Of a stretch of 64,000 nt of DNA, positions 49,746 to 60,819 are shown in pieces; positions within the stretch are counted from its first letter, which is position 1, and each line of letters opens with the position of its first letter. This stretch comes from Microcoleus sp. (GTDB taxonomy: Bacteria; Cyanobacteriota; Cyanobacteriia; Cyanobacteriales; Microcoleaceae), in NCBI GenBank assembly GCA_052279835.1, contig CP181291.1, forward strand, positions 2,336,001 to 2,400,000. The letters run 5' to 3'. The position numbers were made by a program, and so were the translations under genes. The notes beneath the pieces are model-generated. The model searched no databases. It was given only the letters and a program-made list of their open reading frames with translations, and had not been told where the DNA came from.

Positions 49746-52700
49746 ATGAAAAGCATCTACACCACCCTTTCCACAACCCAAAACCTTGGTAAAGACACCA
49801 ACTTTGTAGGGAACCACCGTTCCCATCCTGTTAAAAATCTACTGATAGTCGATACAAAAGTAGAAAATAGTGACAGCTTGGCAAAAGGAGCAACGGAGGG
49901 TACAGAGGTATTCATGCTTGACCCTCACCTGGATGGAGTCAAGCAAATTACTAGAATTTTGGCTAATTGGAGAGATTTAGAAAGCCTTCAGATAGTTTCT
50001 CACGGCCAAGAAGGGCGACTACAAGTAGGGTCGATAGAACTCAATAGAAACAACATAGAAAGCTACAGCGATTTGTTGCAACAGTGGGGAAAATCTCTCA
50101 GCGAGAGAGGGGATATTTTGTTGTTGGGATGCAGCATTGCAGCAGGGAAAAGCGGCCAAGCTTTCCTGGGGAGACTGAGTGAAATTACTGGTGCAGATAT
50201 TGCAGCTTCCGATGATTTGACGGGGAGTGCGGCCCTTGGTGGCGACTGGGAATTAGAATTTGCGATCGGCAACATAGAAGCTAGCATCGCGATCGATCGC
50301 CAAGTACAGCAAGAATATAGCGGTATCCTGGGGACATTAGTCAGCGAAACATTCAAAAACGATACAGTCATAGGCCCCTGGATTTATCGAGGCACTAACG
50401 GAACACTTTACGATCCCACAATCCCCATCACCAGGCAAATGGTTCCTGGTATTACCGGAGGAACCATATCCGGCGTAATTCCTGCTTTGGGTGGAGACAC
50501 ACCAGGTAACGGAGTCCTGCGGCTGACTCCATCAATTAGAAGACAGGAAGCTTTTGTACTCTATGACAAGGCTATCCCAGCTACTGAAGGTCTAAAAGTT
50601 ACTTTTGATTTTTTTGCTTATAACACCGTCGCCGCAGAGGATGGTACTCTTTTTGGTGCTGATGGTATTAGCTTTTTCCTGGTGGATGGAACAGCTACAC
50701 CAACAAAAGCAGGAGGCTTTGGAGGGTCTCTTGGCTATGCCCAAAACACCAGTAGTACCCCTGTTTCCGCCGGCATTTCTGGAGGTTATTTAGGGGTTGG
50801 GTTAGATGAGTTTGGTAATTACTCAAATCCTACGGCCGGGCGAGTTGGTGGCACGGGATTTTCCCCGGATTCTGTAGGTATTAGGGGTAGCGAAAAAAAT
50901 TCTTACCAGTTTTTAACCAATGCTTCTATTGCTATTGGTATAGACAATAAAGATACAACGATTCGCAGTGTGGCGAAAAGAAGCGTTCAAATCACTCTGT
51001 TTCCGGTGCGTTCTGCAACACCGAACCGTCTTAGCGTTGGCTTCGATCTCAATGGTGATGGAGTATTTGATGCCGGGGAGACGGTTATTGATATACCAGA
51101 TTTAAAGGCAATAAATGGAGAAGTACCATCTACGCTGAAGTTTGGATTTGCGGCGGCTACAGGAGGTAATACTAATATCCATGAGCTAAACAATGTAATT
51201 GTAGAAAGTATTAATGAGTTAACTTTGACCGCCGATCTTTCTGTGGTCAAAACAGGGCCAGTATCAGCGAAAGTTGGTGAGACGGTGAGTTATACGATCG
51301 CCACTGCGAACAAAGGGCCATATCCCGCAGAAGGAGTGACGATTACAGATAGTATCATTCCGGGGCTAACTGGAGTTACGGCATCGGACGGTGGAACCTA
51401 CGACGCAGTTACGGGGATAGTGACTTGGAAACCAGTGGCGATCGACAATGGTGCTACAGTCACTCGGACGGTTGGGGTAGTGATGCCAGCGACCCTCAGT
51501 GCCATCAGCAACACGGCTAGAAGCAGCGCTGTGACCACGGACCCAGACCTGAGCAATAACAACGGTACGGACCCCAAGGCTAAGGTGTCTACGACGATTG
51601 GGGCTGTAGCAGACCTGGTAACTACTAAAACTGGGTCTACTTCGAGTCAGGCTGGTGAGACGGTGAGTTATACGATCGCCACGGTGAACAAAGGGCCAAG
51701 TCCGGCAACAGGAGTGACGATTACAGATAGTATCATTCCGGGGTTAACGGGAGTCACGGCATCGGATGGTGGCACCTACGACGCAGTGACGGGGATTGTG
51801 ACTTTTCCAACAGTGGCGATCGACAATGGCGCTACCATCACTCGGACCGTTGGGATAGTGGTGCCTGGGACCCTGAGTGCCATCAGCAACACGGCTAGAA
51901 GCAGCGCTGTGACCACGGACCCAGACCTGAGCAATAACAACGGTACGGACCCCAAGGCTAAGGTGTCTACGACGATTGGGGCTGTAGCAGACCTGGTAAC
52001 TACTAAAACTGGGTCTACTTCGAGTCAGGCTGGTGAGACGGTGAGTTATACGATCGCCACGGTGAACAAAGGGCCAAGTCCGGCAACAGGAGTGACGATT
52101 ACAGATAGTATCATTCCGGGGTTAACGGGAGTCACGGCATCGGATGGTGGCACCTACGACGCAGTGACGGGGATTGTGACTTTTCCAACAGTGGCGATCG
52201 ACAATGGCGCTACCATCACTCGGACCGTTGGGATAGTGGTGCCTGGGACCCTGAGTGCCATCAGCAACACGGCTAGAAGCAGCGCTGTGACCACGGACCC
52301 AGACCTGAGCAATAACAACGGTACGGACCCCAAGGCTAAGGTGTCTACGACGATTGGGGCTGTAGCAGACCTGGTAACTACTAAAACTGGGTCTACTTCT
52401 AGTCAGGCTGGTGAGACGGTGAGTTATACGATCGCCACTGCGAACAAAGGGCCGAGTCCGGCAACAGGAGTGACGATTACAGATAGTATCATTCCGGGGT
52501 TAACGGGAGTGACGGCATCCGATGGAGGCACCTACGACCCAGTTACCGGGATAGTGACTTTTCCAACAGTGGCGATCGACAATGGCGCTACCATCACTCG
52601 GACGGTTGGGATAGTGCTTCCAGCCACCCTCAGTGCCATCAGCAACACGGCTAGAAGCAGTGCTGTGACCACGGACCCAGACCTGAGCAATAACAACGGT

Positions 52701-55700
52701 ACTGACCTCAAGGCTAAGGTGTCTACGACCATTGCGGCTGTGGCAGACCTGGTAACTACAAAAAGTGGAGTGACATCGGCATCGCCTGGACAATCCGTCA
52801 CTTATACAATTACTACGGGCAATATCGGGCCAAGCGATGCGTCTAATGTTGTCATCAGCGACAGTATAGTTCCAGGGTTAACGGGAGTTGTGGTTTCTAA
52901 CGAGGGAACCTATGATGCGGTTTCTGGGCTGGTGAATTTTCCGGCGATCGCCAAAGTCTCCAGGGGTGAAACCATCACTCGTACCGTTAGCTTGGTAGTT
53001 CCCGACAGTGGCAGCATCAGCAATGTTGCCAGCAGTAAATCAACGACGGCAGACCTTAACCTCAGCAACAACGATGGTTCCTCTGCTACTGCTAAAGTCA
53101 CTACCAGTGTGGTTGCGGGTCCTACTATTCCTACTGCGGATTTGGTAACTACTAAAACCGGTCTCACATCTGCGACTGTTGGTAGTTCTGTTACCTATAC
53201 TATAAATACCTCGAACAAGGGGCCTGATGCTGCGGTGGGAGTAGCGATCGCTGACAGCATTGTTCCTGGTTTAACCGGAGTCAAGGTATCTGATGAGGGT
53301 ACTTACGATCCGGTGTCTGGGATTGTCACTTTCCCGGCTATTTCCAGTTTGCCCAGCGGTGAGAATGTCAATCGTTTTGTGACGTTGGTGGTTCCAGAAA
53401 CGGGTATCAAAAATACTGCTTCGAGTCGATCGACTACGACAGACCCCAATCTGAATAATAACAATGGTTCCGAACCAAATGCGACTGTCATCACTACTCT
53501 CACCCCGACTGCGCCGACAAACCAATCTCCCATAGCCGACAAAAACACCACTATAATTTTGCCGAAAAACACGATCGCCATCGGTGGGCTCGGAGGCAGC
53601 GATCCAGATGGCACTGTGGTTTCTTTTACCGTGAACACTTTGCCACCAACCAATCAAGGTGTTCTCTTCCTGGGAAATCCCGATCGAGGTGGGGTGCCGG
53701 TGAAGGCGGGTCAAGTCCTGACACCGGCTCAAATTAGCCAGTTGTTTTTCCAATCGGCGGGAACATTCACAGGGGCAAGTTTTAGTTACAGCAGTCAGGA
53801 CGATCGGGGAAGCAGCAGTCAAGCAGCGGTAGTTTCTCTGGCTTTGCCACAGTTCAATGAACCGCCGGTGGCTGCGAACACAAATACTGCGGTGACACCG
53901 AATGCTGTAGTGAAGCTGGCAGGACTGGGGGCTAAGGATGTAGATGATGCGATCGCCTCTTATACAATCGATACTCTGCCTCTCAATAGCCAAGGCATCT
54001 TGTTCTTAGGCGATCCAGCCCAGGGCGGAGTGGCAATTACTGCCGGTCAAGTTCTGAACCCCGACCAAATCAACCAGTTATTTTTTCAAGCAACTGGTAC
54101 TTTCGCGGGGGCTAGCTTGACTTACAGTGCGAAAGATAGTCGCGGTGCGCTCAATCTCACCCCTGCCACGGCTAGTCTGTTCTTGCCTGTGGTTAACCAA
54201 CCGCCAGTCACCAACAATTCTAGTGTGAGTCTGTTGCCAGAAACAACTGTCAAAGTCCCCGGATTGGGGGGGAAAGACCCCGACGGTGAAATTGTTTCCT
54301 ATACAGTCAATACTGTTTTACCACCCAAGGAAGGTACATTGTTCTTGGGAGACCCAACTCAGGGCGGAGTGCCGATCGCATCTAATCAAGTTTTGACTCC
54401 GAGTCAAATTACGGAGGTGTTTGTTCAGTCTAGTAGTGGTTTTACGGGAGCAGTGGTCACCTATACTGCTAAGGACAACACGGGGGATATCAGTCCTACG
54501 GTGGGCATAGTTTCTACTACTCTGCCAAAAATTACCCCAACCACCCCAACACCAGCACCTACACCCACACCTGCACCTGTACCTGTGCCTACACCCACAC
54601 CGGAACCTGTACCAATCACCACGCCCACACCGGCACCGGAACCAATCACCACCCCCACACCGGCACCGGAACCAATCACCACGCCCGCACCGGCACCGGA
54701 ACCAATCACCACCCCCACACCGGCACCTGTACCAATCACCACGCCTACACCCGCACCTGTACCTACGTCAACATCCACCATTGTGGTTACGCCCGTATCG
54801 GAACCGGATACAGGTTGTGGTTGTCAACCTCTGCCTGTGTTGCCTGGGATAACTTTTACGCAAGCGCAGCCGGCCCCAATTCTCAACTTCGACTCCAATG
54901 CAGCAGAGTCGATCGATATTAACAACACCGTCTTCGGCACTGCTGGAAACGATTATTTAACTGGTTCCGATGCCAATGAAATGTTTGTTGCAGTCCTGGG
55001 AGATGATACGGTTTTGGGAGAAGGTGGTTCTGATATTGTTTTTGGCGATCGAGAACAGGATTTCATTGCTGCGGGCTGGGGTAATGACATTGTTTACGCT
55101 GGCAAGGAAAGCGATATTGTCTTCGGAGGTAAGAATGCCGATCGCATTTTTGGCGATCGCAATTCCGACACCCTTTATGGCGATCGCGGTCCCGATACGA
55201 TCGTCGGTGACAATGGTAATAGTGTTGATTTGACTGGGAATGACGGCGACTTAATTTTTGGTGGAGAAGGTGCTGATGCGATCGCTGGCAACCAAGGAAC
55301 CGACACTGTGTACGGGGGTAAAGGTGCAGATATCGCCTACGGTGGCATCGAAAATGATGTGATTTGGGGCGATCGAGGTGCCGATACTTTGTTGGGTGAC
55401 AACGGAGACGATTCCCTGTTCGGTGGTGTCCTCAATGCCCTCGCCAAGGACTCTCAAGGACGCGATTGGCTATTTGGAGGGGACGGTAACGACTTACTCA
55501 ACGGTCAAGATAACGATGATACTTTGCTTGGTGGTAGTGGTCGCGATTTGGTGTTTGGCGGAAAGGGAGGCGATCGCATTTTCGGCGAAGGTGATTCCGA
55601 CACTCTCTACGGCGGCCTCGGTTCTGACACCATACTAGGCGACTATGGTAAAGCTGTTGATAGCACGATCGCTACTTCCGAAGGTGACTTAATTTTCGGT

Positions 55701-56561
55701 AATGACAACGACGATATCATCGGCGGTGGCAGTGGCAACGATACCCTGTTGGCTGGTAAGGGTAATGACTTAGTTTATGGTGGCAAAGATGCTGACATAA
55801 TGTGGGGCGAACTGGGCGCTGACACTCTAGTCGGCGATGACGGGGATGATTCCCTTTATGGTGGTTTACAAAACCCGTTAGTTAGTGATGTTGATGGCCG
55901 CGACTTATTGTTTGGCGGAGATGGGAATGATTTTCTCGATGGTGGAGATAGTTCTGATTCTTTGGATGGTGGTTTTGGTAACGATTTTGTTCGTGGTGGA
56001 AACGATGATGATTTGGTCGATGGAAATGCTGGAGACGATTTAATTTACGGTGATAATGGGAGCGATATTTTATGTGGCGATGATGGTAATGATACTATTT
56101 TTGGGGATGAGGGCGACAACGGGGAATCTGTAAGTGCGATCGGGCAACAAGACTGCATCAACGGCGGCAGTGGCGATGACTTGCTTTATGGCAATCAGGG
56201 GCAAGATATTCTGAACGGTGATGAGGGTAACGATACTGTTTACGGAGGAAAAGATAGCGATATTCTTAACGGAGGTGCAGGAGATGACTGGTTGTTTGGT
56301 GATGGCGGAGATGATACTTTGATTGGCGGTGTTGGGGGCGATCGCTTTATGTTAAGTGCTAACAGCGGTATCGATACTGTGCTCAATTTTGAAGTAGGAG
56401 TTGACAAGTTTGCTCTGACTGGGGGGTTGAGTTTTTCACAATTGCAAGTTGCTCAAACTGGCAATGAATTTTTGCTGCAAGTAGCTGGAACTAATCAAGT
56501 TTTGGCTAAGGTAATTGGGGCTAATAGTTTGATTACTGCTTCGGATTTCTTGGCGGTTTAA
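49746..56561 (+). CDS. Giant surface adhesin: DUF4347, legume-lectin-like, six DUF11-type repeats, three cadherin-like repeats, PT linker, RTX Ca-binding repeats
   Basis: IVSHG..ASDDLTGSAALGGDWELE (DUF4347); ADGISFFL..FGFAAATGG..HE (lectin-like); ADLVTTK..N.GP repeats; many GGxGxD nonapeptides. No N-terminal signal peptide, consistent with type I secretion. Confidence 0.9.
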   Translation: MKSIYTTLSTTQNLGKDTNFVGNHRSHPVKNLLIVDTKVENSDSLAKGATEGTEVFMLDPHLDGVKQITRILANWRDLESLQIVSHGQEGRLQVGSIELNRNNIESYSDLLQQWGKSLSERGDILLLGCSIAAGKSGQAFLGRLSEITGADIAASDDLTGSAALGGDWELEFAIGNIEASIAIDRQVQQEYSGILGTLVSETFKNDTVIGPWIYRGTNGTLYDPTIPITRQMVPGITGGTISGVIPALGGDTPGNGVLRLTPSIRRQEAFVLYDKAIPATEGLKVTFDFFAYNTVAAEDGTLFGADGISFFLVDGTATPTKAGGFGGSLGYAQNTSSTPVSAGISGGYLGVGLDEFGNYSNPTAGRVGGTGFSPDSVGIRGSEKNSYQFLTNASIAIGIDNKDTTIRSVAKRSVQITLFPVRSATPNRLSVGFDLNGDGVFDAGETVIDIPDLKAINGEVPSTLKFGFAAATGGNTNIHELNNVIVESINELTLTADLSVVKTGPVSAKVGETVSYTIATANKGPYPAEGVTITDSIIPGLTGVTASDGGTYDAVTGIVTWKPVAIDNGATVTRTVGVVMPATLSAISNTARSSAVTTDPDLSNNNGTDPKAKVSTTIGAVADLVTTKTGSTSSQAGETVSYTIATVNKGPSPATGVTITDSIIPGLTGVTASDGGTYDAVTGIVTFPTVAIDNGATITRTVGIVVPGTLSAISNTARSSAVTTDPDLSNNNGTDPKAKVSTTIGAVADLVTTKTGSTSSQAGETVSYTIATVNKGPSPATGVTITDSIIPGLTGVTASDGGTYDAVTGIVTFPTVAIDNGATITRTVGIVVPGTLSAISNTARSSAVTTDPDLSNNNGTDPKAKVSTTIGAVADLVTTKTGSTSSQAGETVSYTIATANKGPSPATGVTITDSIIPGLTGVTASDGGTYDPVTGIVTFPTVAIDNGATITRTVGIVLPATLSAISNTARSSAVTTDPDLSNNNGTDLKAKVSTTIAAVADLVTTKSGVTSASPGQSVTYTITTGNIGPSDASNVVISDSIVPGLTGVVVSNEGTYDAVSGLVNFPAIAKVSRGETITRTVSLVVPDSGSISNVASSKSTTADLNLSNNDGSSATAKVTTSVVAGPTIPTADLVTTKTGLTSATVGSSVTYTINTSNKGPDAAVGVAIADSIVPGLTGVKVSDEGTYDPVSGIVTFPAISSLPSGENVNRFVTLVVPETGIKNTASSRSTTTDPNLNNNNGSEPNATVITTLTPTAPTNQSPIADKNTTIILPKNTIAIGGLGGSDPDGTVVSFTVNTLPPTNQGVLFLGNPDRGGVPVKAGQVLTPAQISQLFFQSAGTFTGASFSYSSQDDRGSSSQAAVVSLALPQFNEPPVAANTNTAVTPNAVVKLAGLGAKDVDDAIASYTIDTLPLNSQGILFLGDPAQGGVAITAGQVLNPDQINQLFFQATGTFAGASLTYSAKDSRGALNLTPATASLFLPVVNQPPVTNNSSVSLLPETTVKVPGLGGKDPDGEIVSYTVNTVLPPKEGTLFLGDPTQGGVPIASNQVLTPSQITEVFVQSSSGFTGAVVTYTAKDNTGDISPTVGIVSTTLPKITPTTPTPAPTPTPAPVPVPTPTPEPVPITTPTPAPEPITTPTPAPEPITTPAPAPEPITTPTPAPVPITTPTPAPVPTSTSTIVVTPVSEPDTGCGCQPLPVLPGITFTQAQPAPILNFDSNAAESIDINNTVFGTAGNDYLTGSDANEMFVAVLGDDTVLGEGGSDIVFGDREQDFIAAGWGNDIVYAGKESDIVFGGKNADRIFGDRNSDTLYGDRGPDTIVGDNGNSVDLTGNDGDLIFGGEGADAIAGNQGTDTVYGGKGADIAYGGIENDVIWGDRGADTLLGDNGDDSLFGGVLNALAKDSQGRDWLFGGDGNDLLNGQDNDDTLLGGSGRDLVFGGKGGDRIFGEGDSDTLYGGLGSDTILGDYGKAVDSTIATSEGDLIFGNDNDDIIGGGSGNDTLLAGKGNDLVYGGKDADIMWGELGADTLVGDDGDDSLYGGLQNPLVSDVDGRDLLFGGDGNDFLDGGDSSDSLDGGFGNDFVRGGNDDDLVDGNAGDDLIYGDNGSDILCGDDGNDTIFGDEGDNGESVSAIGQQDCINGGSGDDLLYGNQGQDILNGDEGNDTVYGGKDSDILNGGAGDDWLFGDGGDDTLIGGVGGDRFMLSANSGIDTVLNFEVGVDKFALTGGLSFSQLQVAQTGNEFLLQVAGTNQVLAKVIGANSLITASDFLAV
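51603..52736 (+). repeat. Near-identical intragenic 378-bp (126-aa) tandem repeats
   Basis: GCTGT(A/G)GCAGACCTGGTAACTAC recurs at 51603, 51981, 52359 and 52737. Confidence 0.95.
54540..54770 (+). repeat. 30-bp minisatellite encoding a Pro/Thr linker (PITTPTPAPE)n
   Basis: CCAATCACCAC(G/C)CC.(A/G)CACC repeated five times with a 30-nt period. Confidence 0.9.
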
Positions 56562-56580
56562 GTGTCATGCTTGCATAGTC

Positions 56581-56720
56581 ATGATTAAACCGCGAAGACG
56601 CGAAGAGCACGAAGTTAGAATTGCATCTTCTTCTCCCTTGGGGGGGGCAGGGGGGGTTCTTCCTTCGCGTCCTTCGCGCCTTCGCGGTTAAATCATTCCG
56701 ATACAACCGGAATTAATCTT
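56581..56720. repeat. Palindromic dispersed repeat/MITE (AACCGCGAAG...CTTCGCGGTT) with an internal C/G palindrome
   Basis: ATGATTAAACCGCGAAGACGCGAAG pairs with CTTCGCGCCTTCGCGGTTAAATCAT. Confidence 0.75.
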
Positions 56721-56726
56721 ACTCCC

Positions 56727-59700
56727 TCAAAATGCCCCCCAGTAAATTGAAGACTCCCCCCTCGAATTTTTGGGCAATGTATTAATATTATTTTCTTGAT
56801 TTTCCGATTTAGTATCACTAACAACCGATGGTAAAGACCTAATGCGTAACTCGTCTAGTAAACTATTAATCATACTCGGTTTAGCATCAATTATGCTGGC
56901 TAGTGGCAGCAAATTTTTCACCCCATATTCTCCGAGTCTAACATTGACGCTTTCTGCTAAAAAGCAGAGCATAATATATCTGTTAGCGCTGCTGATAATA
57001 TGAAAAATTTTATTAAGTTCCTCGAAGTGTTGAGTACCCGGTATATCTGTCGCAATTAGGGTTTCATAGCTCAAAAATAAATCTACATTAATTTGACTAG
57101 CGGCCGAAACTTTAGCTTTAGCCAGCCAGATTAAATCTAAAATTGGTTCGGATTCGCGATCGTGAAAAATCAACCGCTTCAAACCAGATATAAATTCCGA
57201 TGCGTAAAATCCGTAAACTACCTGCAATGTCTGGCGGTTCATATCCGTCGCCAGGAAGGTAGACATTTTCACTATTGAGAGAAACTATTTCGCCGGAGGT
57301 TGTGGGGTAAATTGGCAGTTGGCGCAGCTTATTTTGCCTAGTTTCATCGTAATTTCTTTGCTCTGGATTTGCCAGGAAATTCAGCAGATGCGTATAATGC
57401 TGTTCGTTGTAAGCTGGCAAACCCCGATCGCACCGCGAATATACTGTGTCTAGAATATCCGGGCCTGTGATAGCATAGACTAACTGATTTTTGTGGCGAT
57501 CGGCAAACAGTGCGATCGCGCCTTCAAGTTTTGCCGGTGCTTTGACGATTGTCGCCCCAAAATACTGCACCGCTGCAATTGTTTCCGCCTCAATTTTATC
57601 GTCGCGCAACAAAGGAGTATCAGAACATCCTCCTTTATAAAGCTTACCATGATTTCCCGGAACCAGCGCTACTTTTTTCAAGTTTTCGACGGTTTCTTGC
57701 GACAGATGTCTGGGATGAATATTGTAAAAATATTGATAAACTAAAGTCAACCATTCTGCATTAGGAGGATGCGTTGCATCGGGATTCCAATCAATTTCTG
57801 ACTGACTTGAACCAATGACATTCACCAACTTCTTTGCTACTTCCGCAGCACTCATGGTTGAGATGCCATTTAGATTGTATCCCGGCAATAATTTAGTTAA
57901 ATCTTGGTGCAGAAACCATTTTGGATAATGGCTAAATATCTTCCTCTGCGCCTCATCTGCAATGTAGATAGTGCCGATCGCATTATACCCAAATACCTGC
58001 AAAGTATTGTCAGCCAGAATCGCTAACGGCAAACCGCGCAAATCTTGGCATTTATCGCTGAGACAATAGCGCAACATATTCCCAATCCATTGGCGATTTC
58101 GCAGGCTGGCTTTCGGTGCATCCGACAGCGAAACCCCTAGGGATTTATTTTCGGTTAAGTGCTTTCGCAAATTGGTAGCAGTGAATGTTGGCAAAGGCAA
58201 ACCAGCATCTTTAAAAGCAGCTAAAATCGAATCGGGCAAGGGCGGATTGGGAATATCAATATTATCGGCACACAGCGGTGCTAATAATTCATCCCACCAC
58301 TTTTTTGAGGGTAGATTTTGAACTGTCGGAGGTGTCACCCATCTTGTCTCGTTAATTTGACCTTCAGTTACAATATGTTTGACAGCCGATCGCACAACTT
58401 GCTTGTGGTACAATAACTGCATCACAAAGTTGTGCAACTCTTCCAGAGCTTTGCTAGTAGTGATTTTGCAAATCGGCCAAAAATTGTAAAACTCCTCTGC
58501 TTGAAACCGTCCGATATCTTGTACTAAATCGACAATTAAGTTAGCATAAGCATGAGCCAAAACATGGCGCGCCAGTAGCTGATTCCAAATAGCTCTAGGT
58601 CGGTCTTTTCCCGTTTGTCCGCTGTCGCTGCTGAGGTTATCCCGCGAACTATTTAAGTTGAAAAAACCGTTGATGTGCACCGGCAAACCAGTTTCCAGAG
58701 GAAGCGGCAAAAAACAGTAAACTTTGCCGGAAAATAGCGGGATACTTCCCTCGGTACTAGCAGCACTAATTCTAGCAGCAGCACCGGCCCAAGGCACTAC
58801 TTTCTCTTGACTTTGGTGCATGGATGTGATATTATGTGCCAAATCGCCACCTTCGTCGGTGCGAATTAAACTGACTATTCTCCAAGTAGACTTGATAGTG
58901 CGATCGCCACTAATCGTTTCTATCTCATGGCGGTAAGAAACTGAGGCTAAACCATCAGGATTGCGGCTGCACAATTCCAGTAACTTGTCTGGAGTATCGG
59001 GAATTGCATCCAGGAGTTTTTGTCGCGCCTCTCGGACTTCTAGGGGATTTTTGGTCAAAATTGCCAGAATCTCTTGTCTGGTTTCTTGACTGTTTGCCGG
59101 AATTTCATAAACTCTAATTTCCTGAACAGATTTCAAAAACAGCAAAAGTTCTTCACCAGACTGTCTCAATTCATCTAGCAGTTCCTTGACGTTTGATTCA
59201 GTAAAAGCTTGTTTACGAATCTCGCTATTTTTGGCGCTTTCTATTGTTCGTAGCGGCAGGCGAAACAGAGTACCTTGAAAGTTATTATCTCCAAAGGGCA
59301 ATCCTCCCGCTGCGTAGACTTGCATAAAATCGGGATATTTTTCGTACCATTTCGCCTCTGCCAAATTCCACTCACGCCCAGGTTCTTGCCGAGAAGTTCC
59401 CGGAATCGCCGCCCCGTGAGGGTCAAAAAAAATCAGGCGATCGCGCGACACAAAACTGGGAAAATCTGTAACATGATAAATTGCATTAAAACCGACGCCA
59501 AACCTACCCGTTTTCTGCAAGTCTCCTGCTTTTTCGCTTTGTCCCAAACTGCGAATGCTGTCAAAATCTTTGTCTGTAAACACGCGATCGTTGTAGACTA
59601 ACATCGCCGGCCCCATTAACCGTACCATGCGATCGTCGGGCAATTCTTTGACTTCATGGTTTCGCCAATCGAGGGTTATTTCTACTCGCGTGGCTTTCGC

Positions 59701-59838
59701 ATCGTCAGCATTTTGAATTAACTCCTTGAGAATCCCCACACCTTCGGGATAATCGCGGATAATTCCCCTCAATCTGGCGATTAAAGGTTCCGATTGATAG
59801 AAAGATTTTCCCTCAAGTTTGCTGTTACTGTAAGCCAT
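56727..59838 (-). pseudogene. Sacsin-like GHKL (Hsp90-like) ATPase gene, probably broken by an internal out-of-frame deletion (ORFs 57118..59838 and 56727..57272)
   Basis: KELIQNADDA, VYND..FTDKD, KTGRFGVGFNAIYHVTD, FFDPH, GTLFRLPLR, LLFLKSV and LPVHINGFF are sacsin-repeat motifs. Natural-looking sequence switches frame near 57200. Confidence 0.7.
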
Positions 59839-60006
59839 AGGGGTTCTGACGGCAGGATTTTTTTAGGCGATCGCGATTCCGATTATAGCAATTTAATCCG
59901 TCGTGGCACATATCTCCTTCCCCCCTTGGGGGACAGGGCGGGTTCTTCCTTCGCGTTCTTCGCGCCTTCGCGGTTCATTTAATCTTATATAGTTTAAGGA
60001 GCAGCC

Positions 60007-60792
60007 ATGCAATACCAAAAATTTTGGCAACACTTACAAAAATTGACTCTTAATTCTCTAGCACCCCGATTGTTAGCCAGCTTGTCCCTGAGTCTGAATC
60101 TAGCCGTCGCCACCGCAGTTTTGATGCCAATCGGACAACAACAAGCCACCGCTTCCACTGTTCCCCTTTGGCAATTCGATCCAGCCACCAATGAGTTAAT
60201 AATTAGCCTCCCAGAGGGCATAACTCCCAAATATTCTGTATTAAACTCCAATCAAATTGCTGTGGATTTGCCTAATACTGAAATTTCAGTAGATGCAACT
60301 CAGTTATATCCAAAAGGATTAGTAAGTTCTGTGGGAATAAGTCAAATTCAACCGGGAAGGGTGAGAATTGTGATGGAGTTAGCACGAGGATTTGCTGTCA
60401 GGCCCGATCGCACTCAATTCCAAAAAATTGGGGCCGCCAATCGCTGGGTGTTAGTGCCCGCCATCGCCCCAAGTGCGATCGCCAACACCAGGGAAACCAC
60501 AACCCCGTCAGCTACAGCCATAGCACAGCCCCAGCCCACAAAAACTCCCAACTCGGCGCCCACTCCAGAACCTGTTGCACCAAGTGCGATCGCCACTCCA
60601 ACTTACGATCGCCCTCCCGCCCAACAAACAACCCAAAATGACCAAATTCGACCCATAACAGTGCCTTTAGTGAGGGTAGCAGTGGAGGAACGGCGGGGGA
60701 TACGTGTAGCTCCCACACCGCGTCCTGCTGCACGCTCGGAGGGGATAATCAACTTTGGCGAACCGCTACCCAATACGGATCGGATTAATTGA
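60007..60792 (+). CDS. AMIN domain-containing protein with N-terminal signal/anchor and Pro/Thr-rich tail
   Basis: WQFDPATNEL, IAVDLPNT and VRIVMELA AMIN-like motifs. Confidence 0.75.
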   Translation: MQYQKFWQHLQKLTLNSLAPRLLASLSLSLNLAVATAVLMPIGQQQATASTVPLWQFDPATNELIISLPEGITPKYSVLNSNQIAVDLPNTEISVDATQLYPKGLVSSVGISQIQPGRVRIVMELARGFAVRPDRTQFQKIGAANRWVLVPAIAPSAIANTRETTTPSATAIAQPQPTKTPNSAPTPEPVAPSAIATPTYDRPPAQQTTQNDQIRPITVPLVRVAVEERRGIRVAPTPRPAARSEGIINFGEPLPNTDRIN

Positions 60793-60819
60793 ACCCCCTG
60801 TTGCCGTGTTCCCGGTTAA

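Noticed and set aside
53271..54781. Long antisense ORFs within the adhesin (240 aa, 116 aa, 106 aa)
   Set aside because: These are shadow frames of a repetitive coding strand.
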